A stretch of 64,000 nt of DNA from a virus (IMGVR_UViG_3300025687_000026:1-64000), one strand, 5' to 3'. Positions 8,345-17,313 are shown, numbered from the stretch's first letter. Notes: generated by a model not told the origin, from the sequence alone. Program-made: numbers and translations.

Positions 8345-8869
8345 TTACCGCCTGTAATCACGCAGACGCCTCAAATCACGAGCAACTTCTTCATCGCTCA
8401 ATGGTTTGATTTTGCGACGATAGGAGAGCGGAGCGATAGAGCGTCGATGCGCTTCGGCAAGGTAACGCTGTATCTCTTCCATGTCGATGCCCTGTTCCCA
8501 TGGGATTGCTTCAGGGAGGCTTCCTTCGGGGTCTTCAACCGCTATGGGAGCGTTGCGAGCCTCTATGGCCTGCTGAGCAAACATGCGAGCGTCAGCGGGG
8601 TTGCGAGATGTCCTTGCTTGATGGTCGAGATTGGCGGCTTCCATCCACGGATTCAGGTCAACAAAGCCCTGCGGGAAGGGCGTGAGCGGTTTGTGTCCAG
8701 CAGGTTGAAGCCACCGTGGATTGGTGTTACCACGAGGCGTGTAGGTGTCGAGCATGGATTGCATGTTTTGATAATGACGCAAGTCTTGCTCAGGAGCATT
8801 CGGGTCGTCCTGAAAAGCAGGGTTGAGAGCCTTGAGGACGCTCCACGCCTGCTCAAACGCTTCCGACAT
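8345..8869 (-). CDS. Hypothetical protein with MSEAFEQAWSVLK tag
   Basis: ORF track 8345..8950; start moved to 8869, whose first 27 nt nearly match the start of the 8340 gene. Confidence 0.75.
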   Translation of the reverse strand: MSEAFEQAWSVLKALNPAFQDDPNAPEQDLRHYQNMQSMLDTYTPRGNTNPRWLQPAGHKPLTPFPQGFVDLNPWMEAANLDHQARTSRNPADARMFAQQAIEARNAPIAVEDPEGSLPEAIPWEQGIDMEEIQRYLAEAHRRSIAPLSYRRKIKPLSDEEVARDLRRLRDYRR

Positions 8870-8983
8870 GGCTGGGCCTAAGGTGCTTGAGATTTTGAGG
8901 CCATCGGTAATGAAAGGTAGTTCTGTAGGTAAAATTATTATTTTTTTCAATTTTTTTTGGAGCGGTGTGCGCGGTCATAAGGA

Positions 8984-9414
8984 GCGTAGCATAACGGCGT
9001 AGCCTATTGCTCCGGCTAAGGGGGGCGGCGTAGCAAGGCCCCGGTGCCCCGTTCTATAGACCGCACCCCGTTCGGCGTAGCAAGGCACTGCGGCGTGGTG
9101 GCGTGGTGCTGGCGTAGCACGGCGGAGCGCAACGCTGGCGAAGCCAGCGTGCCGCTCCTTCCCACGGCCCCGTGGAGCGTTAGGCTGGGGCGGTGTTGCT
9201 TCATAAGCGTGGGGCGGGGGGCCACTTCAGGGCCAGCGTTAGGCTCCCCGCATATAAGGCGGCATCGCCCCAGCGTTTTGCTACGCCCCCACCCCGAGCC
9301 CCCCGATGGGGAGCATCACGCTCAGGCGTTGAGCCGCAAGCCTCGGCCCCTTGACCCCCACCCATATGGGTGGCTTGTGCCGCCCTCCCTTGGCCGTAGC
9401 CTGACCGGCGTAGC
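8984..9414. repeat. GCGTAGC heptamer cluster in GC-rich divergent intergenic region
   Basis: Direct copies at 8984, 8997, 9028, 9075, 9112, 9408; inverted copies at 9280 and 10422. Confidence 0.75.
9358..9373. repeat. Perfect 16-bp palindrome CCACCCATATGGGTGG, with a second copy at 10553-10568
   Basis: Read directly; second copy CCATCCATATGGGTGG has 1 mismatch, and the flanking TGACCCC/GGGGTCA show the two copies are inverted. Confidence 0.75.
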
Positions 9415-9441
9415 CTGAGGCTAAACCGCTTGACTGAAAGC

Positions 9442-9465
9442 CTTCACTACTTAAAGCAGTATCAA
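9442..9465 (+). promoter_or_regulatory. 24-bp viral element copy 1 (putative early promoter)
   Basis: CTTCACTACTTAAAGCAGTATCAA upstream of 9501. Confidence 0.7.
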
Positions 9466-9500
9466 TAGTAGATGTCGCCGAAACGGCAGGAGAGATACAG

Positions 9501-10280
9501 ATGCAAGACAAGCAGACATACCCCGAGCAAGCCCAAGCCATGGTTACGACCATGGTGAACCACCTCAACGGACGAGGCCAGTCCGTGACCATGGAGGTGA
9601 ACCTTGACCATGGTGCACCCCTCTTCGGGAAGCCCTATGTGACGGGCTCCCGCACCTTCACCACGGATGAGGTCATTGAGGCCGTGAACCGCCTCATCGT
9701 CATCCCACGCAACAGCAAGGGCGAACCCCACTCCACCCTCGCCGCCTTCATCAGCGACGACGGCACCACCGGCGAAATCACGGGCCGCAAAGCCGCCGCT
9801 CTCGCCCTGTCCCAGACCAACCGCAACGGCAAGTGCGTCGTGGTCGCCGGTTTCACCGCCGGGCCACGCCACGACACGCCAAAGCGTCACGCCATGTCAG
9901 CCTTCAAGGCCGCACAGGACAACGCCGACACCTACACCGTGGACGGGCTTGACCGCACCTTCGCCAGCAAGGCCGACGCTATCGCCTTCGGTGTCCGTGC
10001 CCTCTTCGCCGAGGACTGGAAGGACGCTAACTCGCTGGAGAACGAGGACGACGCACGGGCAGAGCGGGCCGCTCTCAAGGCTCAACTCGTCGTCCGTCGC
10101 AACGGCGAAGTGATGCAGGGCAAAACGCCCAAGTCCACCGCCGCTCCCGCCGCCACCGTGAGCCTCTCAGCCGCTGAGGCCAAGGCCATGGCCGTCGCTC
10201 TCGGTGGCTCCGGTGCCGACATCAAGACGGGTGCCTCCGCCCTCGCCTACCTGCGCTCCAAGGGAATCGGTGGTATCTGA
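9501..10280 (+). CDS. Hypothetical protein, first gene of plus-strand block, in its own transcription unit
   Basis: 259-aa ORF, SD GGAG, strong C-ending codon bias, flanked by promoter-like element and terminator. Confidence 0.85.
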   Translation: MQDKQTYPEQAQAMVTTMVNHLNGRGQSVTMEVNLDHGAPLFGKPYVTGSRTFTTDEVIEAVNRLIVIPRNSKGEPHSTLAAFISDDGTTGEITGRKAAALALSQTNRNGKCVVVAGFTAGPRHDTPKRHAMSAFKAAQDNADTYTVDGLDRTFASKADAIAFGVRALFAEDWKDANSLENEDDARAERAALKAQLVVRRNGEVMQGKTPKSTAAPAATVSLSAAEAKAMAVALGGSGADIKTGASALAYLRSKGIGGI

Positions 10281-10371
10281 GTAGCGATACGCCGCCCCTG
10301 ACCCCCTAACGAAGCCTGACGAACGAACGCCAAGCCCCCAGCCCCCTACGAGGAGGCGGCTGGGGCACCCC

Positions 10372-10406
10372 GGCCCTCGCCCTTCGGGGCGGGGGCCATT
10401 TTTTTT
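10372..10406 (+). terminator. Hairpin (UUCG loop) plus T8 tract
   Basis: GGCCCTCGCCC-TTCG-GGGCGGGGGCC-A-TTTTTTTT. Confidence 0.75.
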
Positions 10407-10445
10407 GGCCTCCCGAGCCTTGCTACGCAGGCGGGGGGCACCGGC

Positions 10446-10516
10446 CTCGCTTCGCTCGGGGGAGGCGGCAGTCGCCGCCTTGGCTCGCTTCGCTCGCTTC
10501 CGCCTCGCTTCGCTCG
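10446..10516. repeat. CTCGCTTCGCTCG short repeats
   Basis: Three copies of CTCGCTTCGCTCG within about 70 bp. Confidence 0.65.
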
Positions 10517-10908
10517 GCGGGATGCGTTCCTTCGGCTTCGGTTCCCCCGCTTCCATCCATATGGGTGGGGTCATCCATTCTACCTGCGCCCTCTGAAAAT
10601 AATGACCTTGCTCCACAGAGAGGCGTGGCCCCTGTCCCATCCCTCTTAACCACCACGCCCGCCGAAGGGCGGCGAGTCCTGACCTTCCCACCACGGCGAG
10701 CGTAGGCTATCCCTATTACGCATATACGCATAGACGCATTCTGCAGAACCCCACCTACACTTGTATAGGTTGTCTTATTATTATTATATACATACATGTT
10801 ATTCTAACATAATAGAGTAGGGGGTGCCCGAGATTTGGACAGCACCTGTAACTGTATAGACGACACCTCCGACGACCTTGACATCCTCTCAGTCCACCGT
10901 TTCTCAGC

Positions 10909-10932
10909 CTTCACTACTTAAAGCAGTATCAA
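10909..10932 (+). promoter_or_regulatory. 24-bp viral element copy 2
   Basis: CTTCACTACTTAAAGCAGTATCAA, 12 nt before ATG 10944. Confidence 0.7.
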
Positions 10933-10943
10933 TGTTGGAGGCC

Positions 10944-11255
10944 ATGGAACCGACCCAGCCAATCCATGAAGCCCAATGTGAGAACGACTGCGGCAACGAG
11001 GCCCACCGCTTCGTTGTCTACGAGTGGGGGAACCACCCCATGGAATACGATGTGATGGAGGTGTGCCGTTCGTGTCATGCACAAATGGTCATCGCCGAGT
11101 TTGAGGGCAACATCCGCATCACACACAACGAACTCTTGCCTGACTACACCGACGACGGCACCCTCATCCCCGAACACGCCTTCACCGATGTTGTCCCCCT
11201 GTCCACCAGCGACCCGGTGGGCACCGTGGTTGAGCCCGTGGAGGTGGTTGCTTGA
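10944..11255 (+). CDS. Small Zn-finger-like hypothetical protein
   Basis: CxxxC...CxxC; start moved downstream of the element. Confidence 0.65.
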   Translation: MEPTQPIHEAQCENDCGNEAHRFVVYEWGNHPMEYDVMEVCRSCHAQMVIAEFEGNIRITHNELLPDYTDDGTLIPEHAFTDVVPLSTSDPVGTVVEPVEVVA

Positions 11256-11509
11256 GCAGTATCATGGGCCAACCCATCTACATGAACGACCCCGACGCTC
11301 TCATCGGTGCGTTGGCGAAAGACAGGAACAGCATGGTGGAGTCCTTCGTGGATGAGGCCACCCGCTTCTACTCCCTCATGCTCATCTACCCATCCTTCCC
11401 TGTGCGTGAAGCGATGGCGATGTGTCGTCACCCTGAGCGTTACAAGATTGAGGTCGGCGAGCAAGTGGGTGATTCCTTCGTCGTCACCATCACGGAGGTG
11501 GTTGCATGA
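11252..11509 (+). CDS. Hypothetical protein
   Basis: Overlapping start/stop with SD GGAGGTG. Confidence 0.65.
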   Translation: MSSIMGQPIYMNDPDALIGALAKDRNSMVESFVDEATRFYSLMLIYPSFPVREAMAMCRHPERYKIEVGEQVGDSFVVTITEVVA

Positions 11510-11670
11510 ACCGAGTAAATGTCATGTTCACATTCTTCCATTACAGCGTCATCACGACGGTTGATGTTGAGGACATTGACGACGCAGTGGGAGTGGCGCA
11601 AGATTTGTTGCACGATGAAGGTGTTTCAACTGACGGTGCACATGACATAACCGTGGAGGTGGTTGAATGA
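11506..11670 (+). CDS. Small acidic hypothetical protein (54 aa)
   Basis: Hand-translated; ATGA overlaps at both ends; SD GGAGGTG. Confidence 0.6.
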   Translation: MNRVNVMFTFFHYSVITTVDVEDIDDAVGVAQDLLHDEGVSTDGAHDITVEVVE

Positions 11671-11942
11671 GTAGCATACCTGAAGGCGCAACCAAACTTT
11701 GCATGGAATACACCCTCTATCATGAGATTGACCTGCCCGAAGACCTGAACCGTGAGGACATCGTTCGTTGGTGGGTTCAATGGAGCACACTACACATTCA
11801 GATGAAAGACGGAACCGTCCACGAATACGAGGACGAAGTGAACACAGAGACGATTGATTGGAAGGGTGGGCACAGCAACCTCACTTGGGTTGATGCGAAC
11901 TACTGCATCGTTTCGGCTGACGAACAGGAGGGAGAAGAATGA
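11667..11942 (+). CDS. Hypothetical protein
   Basis: ATGA overlaps, SD. Confidence 0.7.
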   Translation: MSSIPEGATKLCMEYTLYHEIDLPEDLNREDIVRWWVQWSTLHIQMKDGTVHEYEDEVNTETIDWKGGHSNLTWVDANYCIVSADEQEGEE

Positions 11943-12133
11943 GCGAATGGTTCGTGACACACTACAAATGCGGTGAGTCGGATGGCCCATTCGCTACATA
12001 CGAGGAAGCGAAGGCGCACTACGAATACTTGTGCAACGAGGGCGACCCGGACTCAGCCCATTGGTATTTCATTGAAGAGGTGAACGACCCTTCACTACTT
12101 AAAGAAGCATCACTAACTGAGGGAGAGGAATGA
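11939..12133 (+). CDS. Hypothetical protein
   Basis: GPFATYEEAK small phage-type motif; contains element copy 3. Confidence 0.65.
   Translation: MSEWFVTHYKCGESDGPFATYEEAKAHYEYLCNEGDPDSAHWYFIEEVNDPSLLKEASLTEGEE
12090..12113 (+). promoter_or_regulatory. 24-bp viral element copy 3
   Basis: CTTCACTACTTAAAGAAGCATCAC upstream of the helicase. Confidence 0.65.
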
Positions 12134-14742
12134 ACATGACCATCACACAAGACGAGATGAAAACAATGCTGGACTACTTCATGCAGGTTCATGTGCAGGG
12201 GAGGAAGGACAACATCGGGCCCAACGCCGGGGACGCTTCCTTCTTCGCCTCCCTACACACGACCCTTGACGAAACCCAATACGCCGAAGCCGCCCGTCGG
12301 CTCAGGACTTACCGCAACACCCAACTCCCGTGGCTCTTGAGCACCATCGGCATGGGTGCCGCAGACGGCACCGCCTTCCTTGACGACCTCGCCAAGCAGG
12401 GTGAGGAAGCCGCCGACTACATGAACGGGGTCAAGAAACTCACCACCTTGGTTCGCCATGCCGCTCGGCGTGGGGCCAAGGGTGAGTCTCAGAACCTCTC
12501 CCCGTTTGAGCAACTCGCCCAGCAACTCTTCGGTCACACCGCACACGACAGACTGAGTGCCGTGCCCGATGTGGCTGAACTCTACGCTTCCCTTGTGTCC
12601 GAATACAAGGAGAAGAATGCTCGCCATGAGGCCGAGGCTCGCCAGCGCAAGACCATCCGATGTGAAGTCTATGACGACACATGGTATGGGCGCAACGATA
12701 TTCACAAGCGGTTCCCAAAGACCAGCAAGCGCATCCTCTTGCGCTTCCCCTACGACCAGCAACTCATCGCCGCCCTCAAGTCCTCCCTCGTTGGGGAGGG
12801 GCGTTGCATTTGGAAGCCTGAGCATCGTGCATGGTCGCTCAAGATGGAGGCCGCTCTCATTGACCGGGCGTGTGAAGTCTTTGAGGCCAACGGCTACTAC
12901 GCTGACGAACTCCGCCCGCTCAAAGACCAGTGCGTTGCCGCACCCGTGAGTCCTACTGACTCCCGCATCCAAGCCACCGTTGAGGGTGACTCCCTCGTCC
13001 TCAAGTGGCCGTGGCTCAACAACGATGACCAGCGAGCGCAAGTCATGTCAATCGTCAAGGGCATCATGGGACGCAAGTGGAACGGTCAGCGCAAGGTGTG
13101 GTCTGTCCCACTTGCTCAAGGCTCCTTCCTCAAGGGTCGCCTTGACGGCGTGTATCAGGAACTCGCTGATGCTATCGCCGCCGTCCCGCAACTGAACAGC
13201 ATCGTAAGCAACACGGCCCAGCGCATCTCCATCAGTAGTGCCGCCGAACTCAACGACGAGTCAGCAGTTGCTGACATGCGTGACCGCTTGGCTGAAGTGT
13301 TCCCTGCTGGCCGTGAACTCTACCCCTTCCAGTATGTCGGTGTCCGTTTCGCTGAACTCGCCAACGGCAAAGCCCTCATCGGCGACGACATGGGTGTGGG
13401 TAAGACCATCCAAGCCTTGGCCTACGCCGCCCTTCACCCTGAGCATCACCCTGTCCTCGTTGTCTGTCCTGCGAATGTCAAGTTCAATTGGCTCAAGGAA
13501 TCACGGGCATGGCTCACCACCTACGAGAGCGAGGTCATCAAGAAGGGGAGCGACCCTGTGCCTGACACCGATGTCGTTGTCATCAACTACGACCTGATGA
13601 ACAAACAGGCACCCGCTCTGCTGGAGCGTGGCTTCGGCACCGTCATCTTTGACGAGTCCCACTACCTGAAGAACTACAAGGCTCAGCGCACACAGGCGAG
13701 CCTTGAGGTAGCCAAGGCGGCGAAGAGCGTCCTCGCTCTCTCAGGCACGGCCATCACCAACCGACCCAGCGAGTTCTTCACCACACTCAACCTCCTGCGT
13801 CCTGCTGAGTTCCCATCCTTCTTCTCCTTCGGCAAGCGATACTGCGATGCCCACCACAACGGATGGGGCTGGGACTTTAGTGGCTCGTCCAACGAGAAGG
13901 AACTCCATGAGCGCACCCGAACCGTAGCCATCCGCCGACTGAAGAAGGAGGTCATGGCTGAACTGCCTGACAAGATTCGTCAAATCGTGGATGTCCACCC
14001 TGCGCCCAAGGAGATGAAAGAGTATCGGGACATGTCTCGCATGTGGTCTTCTCAGTATTCAGCACACAAGGCGGCGGGCACCCTACCTGCTGGCTTCGTC
14101 TTGAACATGCTTACCGAACTGCGACACCACGCTGGCCGCATGAAGGCAGGAGCCACCGCTCGCTGGGCCATGGACTACCACAGCACCACGGGCAAGCCTC
14201 TCATCATCTTCACCCACCACCGGGATGTGCAAGAGATGGTGACCGACTCCCTCAAGCAAGAACATTCCAAACTGACCAAGGATGACCGAGCCATCTTCGG
14301 CCCGCTCACGATTGACTTCATCAACGGGAGCGTCTCCGCAGAGAAGCGACAGGAAGCAGTTGAACGCTTCCAATCAGGAGGCACCAAGTTCCTCGTCTGC
14401 TCCACGGTTGCGGCCAAGGAAGGACTGACCTTGACCGAGGCTGACACCGTTGTGTTCGTTGAGCGTGAATGGGTGCCCGGCTGGGAAGAGCAAGCCGAAG
14501 ACCGTGTGAACCGCATCGGTCAGGACGCTGAAACAGTTCACGCCATCTACCTGTCCGTGGCTGGAACCATTGATGAGAAGTTCAACGCCGTGGTTGAAGA
14601 GAAGCGAGCCACCGTTTCCGCTATCATTGACGGCGGAGAGATGGGCGAGCGTGATGGTATCGCCAAGGCTTTGCTCAAGGCCATGGTTGATGCTGGTGAC
14701 ATGCCCGCCGACATGCTCAAGAGCATGGGGGTGAGTGCTTGA
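12130..14742 (+). CDS. SNF2/SWI2-family helicase-like ATPase with two HARP-like domains (SMARCAL1-like)
   Basis: LYPFQ, DDMGVGKT, DESH, LSGT, QAEDRVNRIGQ; upstream FPYD..LIAALK..WKPEHRAW and VKGIMGRKWNGQRKVW repeats. Confidence 0.88.
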   Translation: MNMTITQDEMKTMLDYFMQVHVQGRKDNIGPNAGDASFFASLHTTLDETQYAEAARRLRTYRNTQLPWLLSTIGMGAADGTAFLDDLAKQGEEAADYMNGVKKLTTLVRHAARRGAKGESQNLSPFEQLAQQLFGHTAHDRLSAVPDVAELYASLVSEYKEKNARHEAEARQRKTIRCEVYDDTWYGRNDIHKRFPKTSKRILLRFPYDQQLIAALKSSLVGEGRCIWKPEHRAWSLKMEAALIDRACEVFEANGYYADELRPLKDQCVAAPVSPTDSRIQATVEGDSLVLKWPWLNNDDQRAQVMSIVKGIMGRKWNGQRKVWSVPLAQGSFLKGRLDGVYQELADAIAAVPQLNSIVSNTAQRISISSAAELNDESAVADMRDRLAEVFPAGRELYPFQYVGVRFAELANGKALIGDDMGVGKTIQALAYAALHPEHHPVLVVCPANVKFNWLKESRAWLTTYESEVIKKGSDPVPDTDVVVINYDLMNKQAPALLERGFGTVIFDESHYLKNYKAQRTQASLEVAKAAKSVLALSGTAITNRPSEFFTTLNLLRPAEFPSFFSFGKRYCDAHHNGWGWDFSGSSNEKELHERTRTVAIRRLKKEVMAELPDKIRQIVDVHPAPKEMKEYRDMSRMWSSQYSAHKAAGTLPAGFVLNMLTELRHHAGRMKAGATARWAMDYHSTTGKPLIIFTHHRDVQEMVTDSLKQEHSKLTKDDRAIFGPLTIDFINGSVSAEKRQEAVERFQSGGTKFLVCSTVAAKEGLTLTEADTVVFVEREWVPGWEEQAEDRVNRIGQDAETVHAIYLSVAGTIDEKFNAVVEEKRATVSAIIDGGEMGERDGIAKALLKAMVDAGDMPADMLKSMGVSA

Positions 14743-14867
14743 TTTACGAGTTCGGTGCTTGTCCTGAATGCGACATGCCTTGCTCGTTCACTCTGCATCC
14801 CGATGCTATTCGTGGTGACACTTGGGTGTGCAACTGCGAGTGCAATTTGAAGGAGGGCAACTGCTGA

Positions 14868-14891
14868 CTTCACTACTTAAAGCGGCATCAA
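14868..14891 (+). promoter_or_regulatory. 24-bp viral element copy 4
   Basis: CTTCACTACTTAAAGCGGCATCAA. Confidence 0.7.
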
Positions 14892-14916
14892 TGCAACAGG
14901 ACAAGGAGACGATTGA

Positions 14917-15255
14917 ATGATTGACACAAGCAAATACGAAGGACACACACCGGGGCCGTGGGAGGCGGAACTGGACGACACTGATGGGCACATGTATGTG
15001 GCTATCGCTGAGGGAGATGAAAAGCGAGAGGTGTTTTTGGACTTACCATGCTGGGTGTGTGAGGAAGACATGTTGGAACTCACGGCTACTGCTGAACTGA
15101 TAGCAGACGCACCACTTCTCCTCGCAGAAGTCAAGCGGTTGCGTGAGCGACTCATTAGAGCATACGATTGGGCTGAGAATGCGGTCAATGGTAATGACTC
15201 AGCGATGATGGACTACATTGAATATGTGTGCGGAGACGAAGGTGAAGAGGAATGA
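14917..15255 (+). CDS. Ead/Ea22-like small protein, paralog 1
   Basis: HTPGPW...LIADAPLLLAEVKRL. Confidence 0.7.
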   Translation: MIDTSKYEGHTPGPWEAELDDTDGHMYVAIAEGDEKREVFLDLPCWVCEEDMLELTATAELIADAPLLLAEVKRLRERLIRAYDWAENAVNGNDSAMMDYIEYVCGDEGEEE

Positions 15256-15536
15256 TTGACACAGACAAATACGAAGGACACACGCTGAACGACTCGTTGA
15301 AAATGGGTGAACCCGACTACGACGACGCGAGGGAAATGTTGTGTGGTGGTGGACTCGTCGGGTGGCTCATCATGAGCGACCATCCGGGTGCTGAAACAAA
15401 CGCACAACTCATCGCAGATGCACCACTTCTCCTCGCAGAAGTCAAGCGGTTGCGTGAAGCGATTGAATACGCCATTGTTCATGCGGAGAACTATGATGTG
15501 ATTAGGGTCTTAGATGAGGTGATGAAAAATGATTGA
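15252..15536 (+). CDS. Ead/Ea22-like small protein, paralog 2
   Basis: MIDTDKYEGHT...NAQLIADAPLLLAEVKRL. Confidence 0.7.
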   Translation: MIDTDKYEGHTLNDSLKMGEPDYDDAREMLCGGGLVGWLIMSDHPGAETNAQLIADAPLLLAEVKRLREAIEYAIVHAENYDVIRVLDEVMKND

Positions 15537-15918
15537 TGAAAGCAAATACGAAGGACGCACAGAAGGTAAATGGGAATACGACAGTGCTACTATTCATGCT
15601 ACTGCTAAAGGTGGTAATGAAATCATAGCGGAATACCCTTGTTGGAATTACAACAAAGACCAACTGATAACCAAAGAGGAAGAGGCTAACCTACGACTCA
15701 TGGCGGACGCACCACTTCTCCTTGAAGAACTGAAGAGACTACAACACAGACTCATGCTTGCAGAATCAGCCCTTGGTGAAATCCGTGCCTACCATGAAAG
15801 TGGTAGCGGCGACCTCGGTGAAATCATCCAACACTACAGGGACAACGAGGGCGTTGAAATGCCGAATGCGTTTGACGAGGATGATGATTCTTCATATACT
15901 GTGGAAGGAGATGACTGA
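15529..15918 (+). CDS. Ead/Ea22-like small protein, paralog 3
   Basis: MIDESKYEGRTEGKW...ANLRLMADAPLLLEELKRL. Confidence 0.7.
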   Translation: MIDESKYEGRTEGKWEYDSATIHATAKGGNEIIAEYPCWNYNKDQLITKEEEANLRLMADAPLLLEELKRLQHRLMLAESALGEIRAYHESGSGDLGEIIQHYRDNEGVEMPNAFDEDDDSSYTVEGDD

Positions 15919-15919
15919 C

Positions 15920-16387
15920 ATGACAACAAACAGCAACGAGATGTATGACGAATGGGAGAACCAAACTGAAGGGCAGTGCCCTAAGTGTGGAGAAGGTGAC
16001 ACCTCCATGGCTCAGGAGTTCAATCAGTTTTGGACTCGCTGGGACACACGCCCTGAGAAGATGAGCACAGACGGAGAAGAGATGGTTCTCATCAGGACGA
16101 AGTGTAGCGTGTGCGATTGGGAAGGCTCGTTCATGTATGAACTCGGCCCCTTCGCTGGCTACATCACCGACGAGCAGATGAAAGTCCATGAGGCTATCAT
16201 GGAGGCGAAGGATGAGGCTCGCAACCAAGCCGTCATGGATGGTGTGCTGTGCTTCATGCACGAAGTAGAGAACTGCGATGACCCCATGTGTCAGGCCCCG
16301 GTGCCTGAGCCCCAGCCTGTCAACCATGGCGAAGCGTTCAGCATGGTGAACCGTGCGCTCGCATCCGTCGTCGACGAGGAGGAATGA
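15920..16387 (+). CDS. Zn-ribbon hypothetical protein
   Basis: CPKC...CSVC; start inferred from SD spacing. Confidence 0.65.
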   Translation: MTTNSNEMYDEWENQTEGQCPKCGEGDTSMAQEFNQFWTRWDTRPEKMSTDGEEMVLIRTKCSVCDWEGSFMYELGPFAGYITDEQMKVHEAIMEAKDEARNQAVMDGVLCFMHEVENCDDPMCQAPVPEPQPVNHGEAFSMVNRALASVVDEEE

Positions 16388-16441
16388 GCATGACATATAC
16401 ACAAAGCGTAGGACAACCAAGACAAAAAGGACAACAGCAAA

Positions 16442-16465
16442 CTTCACTACTTAAAGCAGCATCAA
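16442..16465 (+). promoter_or_regulatory. 24-bp viral element copy 5
   Basis: CTTCACTACTTAAAGCAGCATCAA then GGAGGA and ATG 16494. Confidence 0.72.
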
Positions 16466-16493
16466 AAACGGAAAGCAGCAAGGAGGAACAAGA

Positions 16494-16892
16494 ATGACCC
16501 TGACCCATTACCAATGCGAACAACTGATGAGCACGGCTCGTGACCCTTACAAGGGCAAGCCGATGAAGAACAACACCCGACTGTATAAGTTGGGCGACCA
16601 CTACGGACTTGAACTGCACGGCACCATGGTGCTCCGCATCTATGTGGATGGATGGGTGCTCAGTGCTGGTGGTTGGACTACTGTGACAACCAAAGCGAGG
16701 CTCAATGAGTTCGGCCCGGCGCGTATCTCCCAGCGTGACTGGACTTGGTATGTTGCCTCCCCTGACGGTGACAAGATGTTTCACAACGGCATCTTCGTGG
16801 ACTTGAATCACAATGTGTGGGACAGCCGTGCCCACTACCTACACTCACTTACACTCAGTCAGCCTGATGACATCTCGGAGGTGGTTGAATGA
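16494..16892 (+). CDS. Hypothetical protein of a phage-type family (GGWxTxTTKxRLN)
   Basis: ORF with SD; recognisable motif of unknown function. Confidence 0.7.
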   Translation: MTLTHYQCEQLMSTARDPYKGKPMKNNTRLYKLGDHYGLELHGTMVLRIYVDGWVLSAGGWTTVTTKARLNEFGPARISQRDWTWYVASPDGDKMFHNGIFVDLNHNVWDSRAHYLHSLTLSQPDDISEVVE

Positions 16893-17001
16893 TGGAGGAC
16901 AGTTACAGCAGACTCATCCTGTGGATGCTCAACCACAAACCAACACGCCCTGCTGATGACTACGATGACATCGCTGGCTTTGAACCAACGGAGGGTTACT
17001 G

Positions 17002-17313
17002 ATGGCGAACGATACAATCAAGGAAACATTCACGGAGACACGAAGCCTGAACAGAGAGAACTCCTTCGGGACTGTGGCTACTGCGGAGGACATTGAACTC
17101 ACTGTGGACATTGGCTTCAGCCCGAGCACCGGGCGTGGTTGGTTTGAGTTCTACGACGAAGAACAGGACTGGTATGCTTCAGGTGGACTACGGATTACCG
17201 ACGGTGTGCTCACGGACTACGATGGAGTCTTTGCTCTACCCGACTTTGTGCTGGACTGGCTACAGACGCAAGGCGTTGATGTCACCGAGATGCGGAGGGT
17301 GATGAACGAATGA
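17002..17313 (+). CDS. Hypothetical protein
   Basis: ORF with SD GGAGG. Confidence 0.7.
   Translation: MANDTIKETFTETRSLNRENSFGTVATAEDIELTVDIGFSPSTGRGWFEFYDEEQDWYASGGLRITDGVLTDYDGVFALPDFVLDWLQTQGVDVTEMRRVMNE

Noticed and set aside
8950-10800. ORFs 9044..9418, 9281..9592, 10167..10694 and 10423..10797
   Set aside because: Low-complexity Arg/Pro/Gly translations of GC-rich repeat DNA, with no SD and no viral codon bias.
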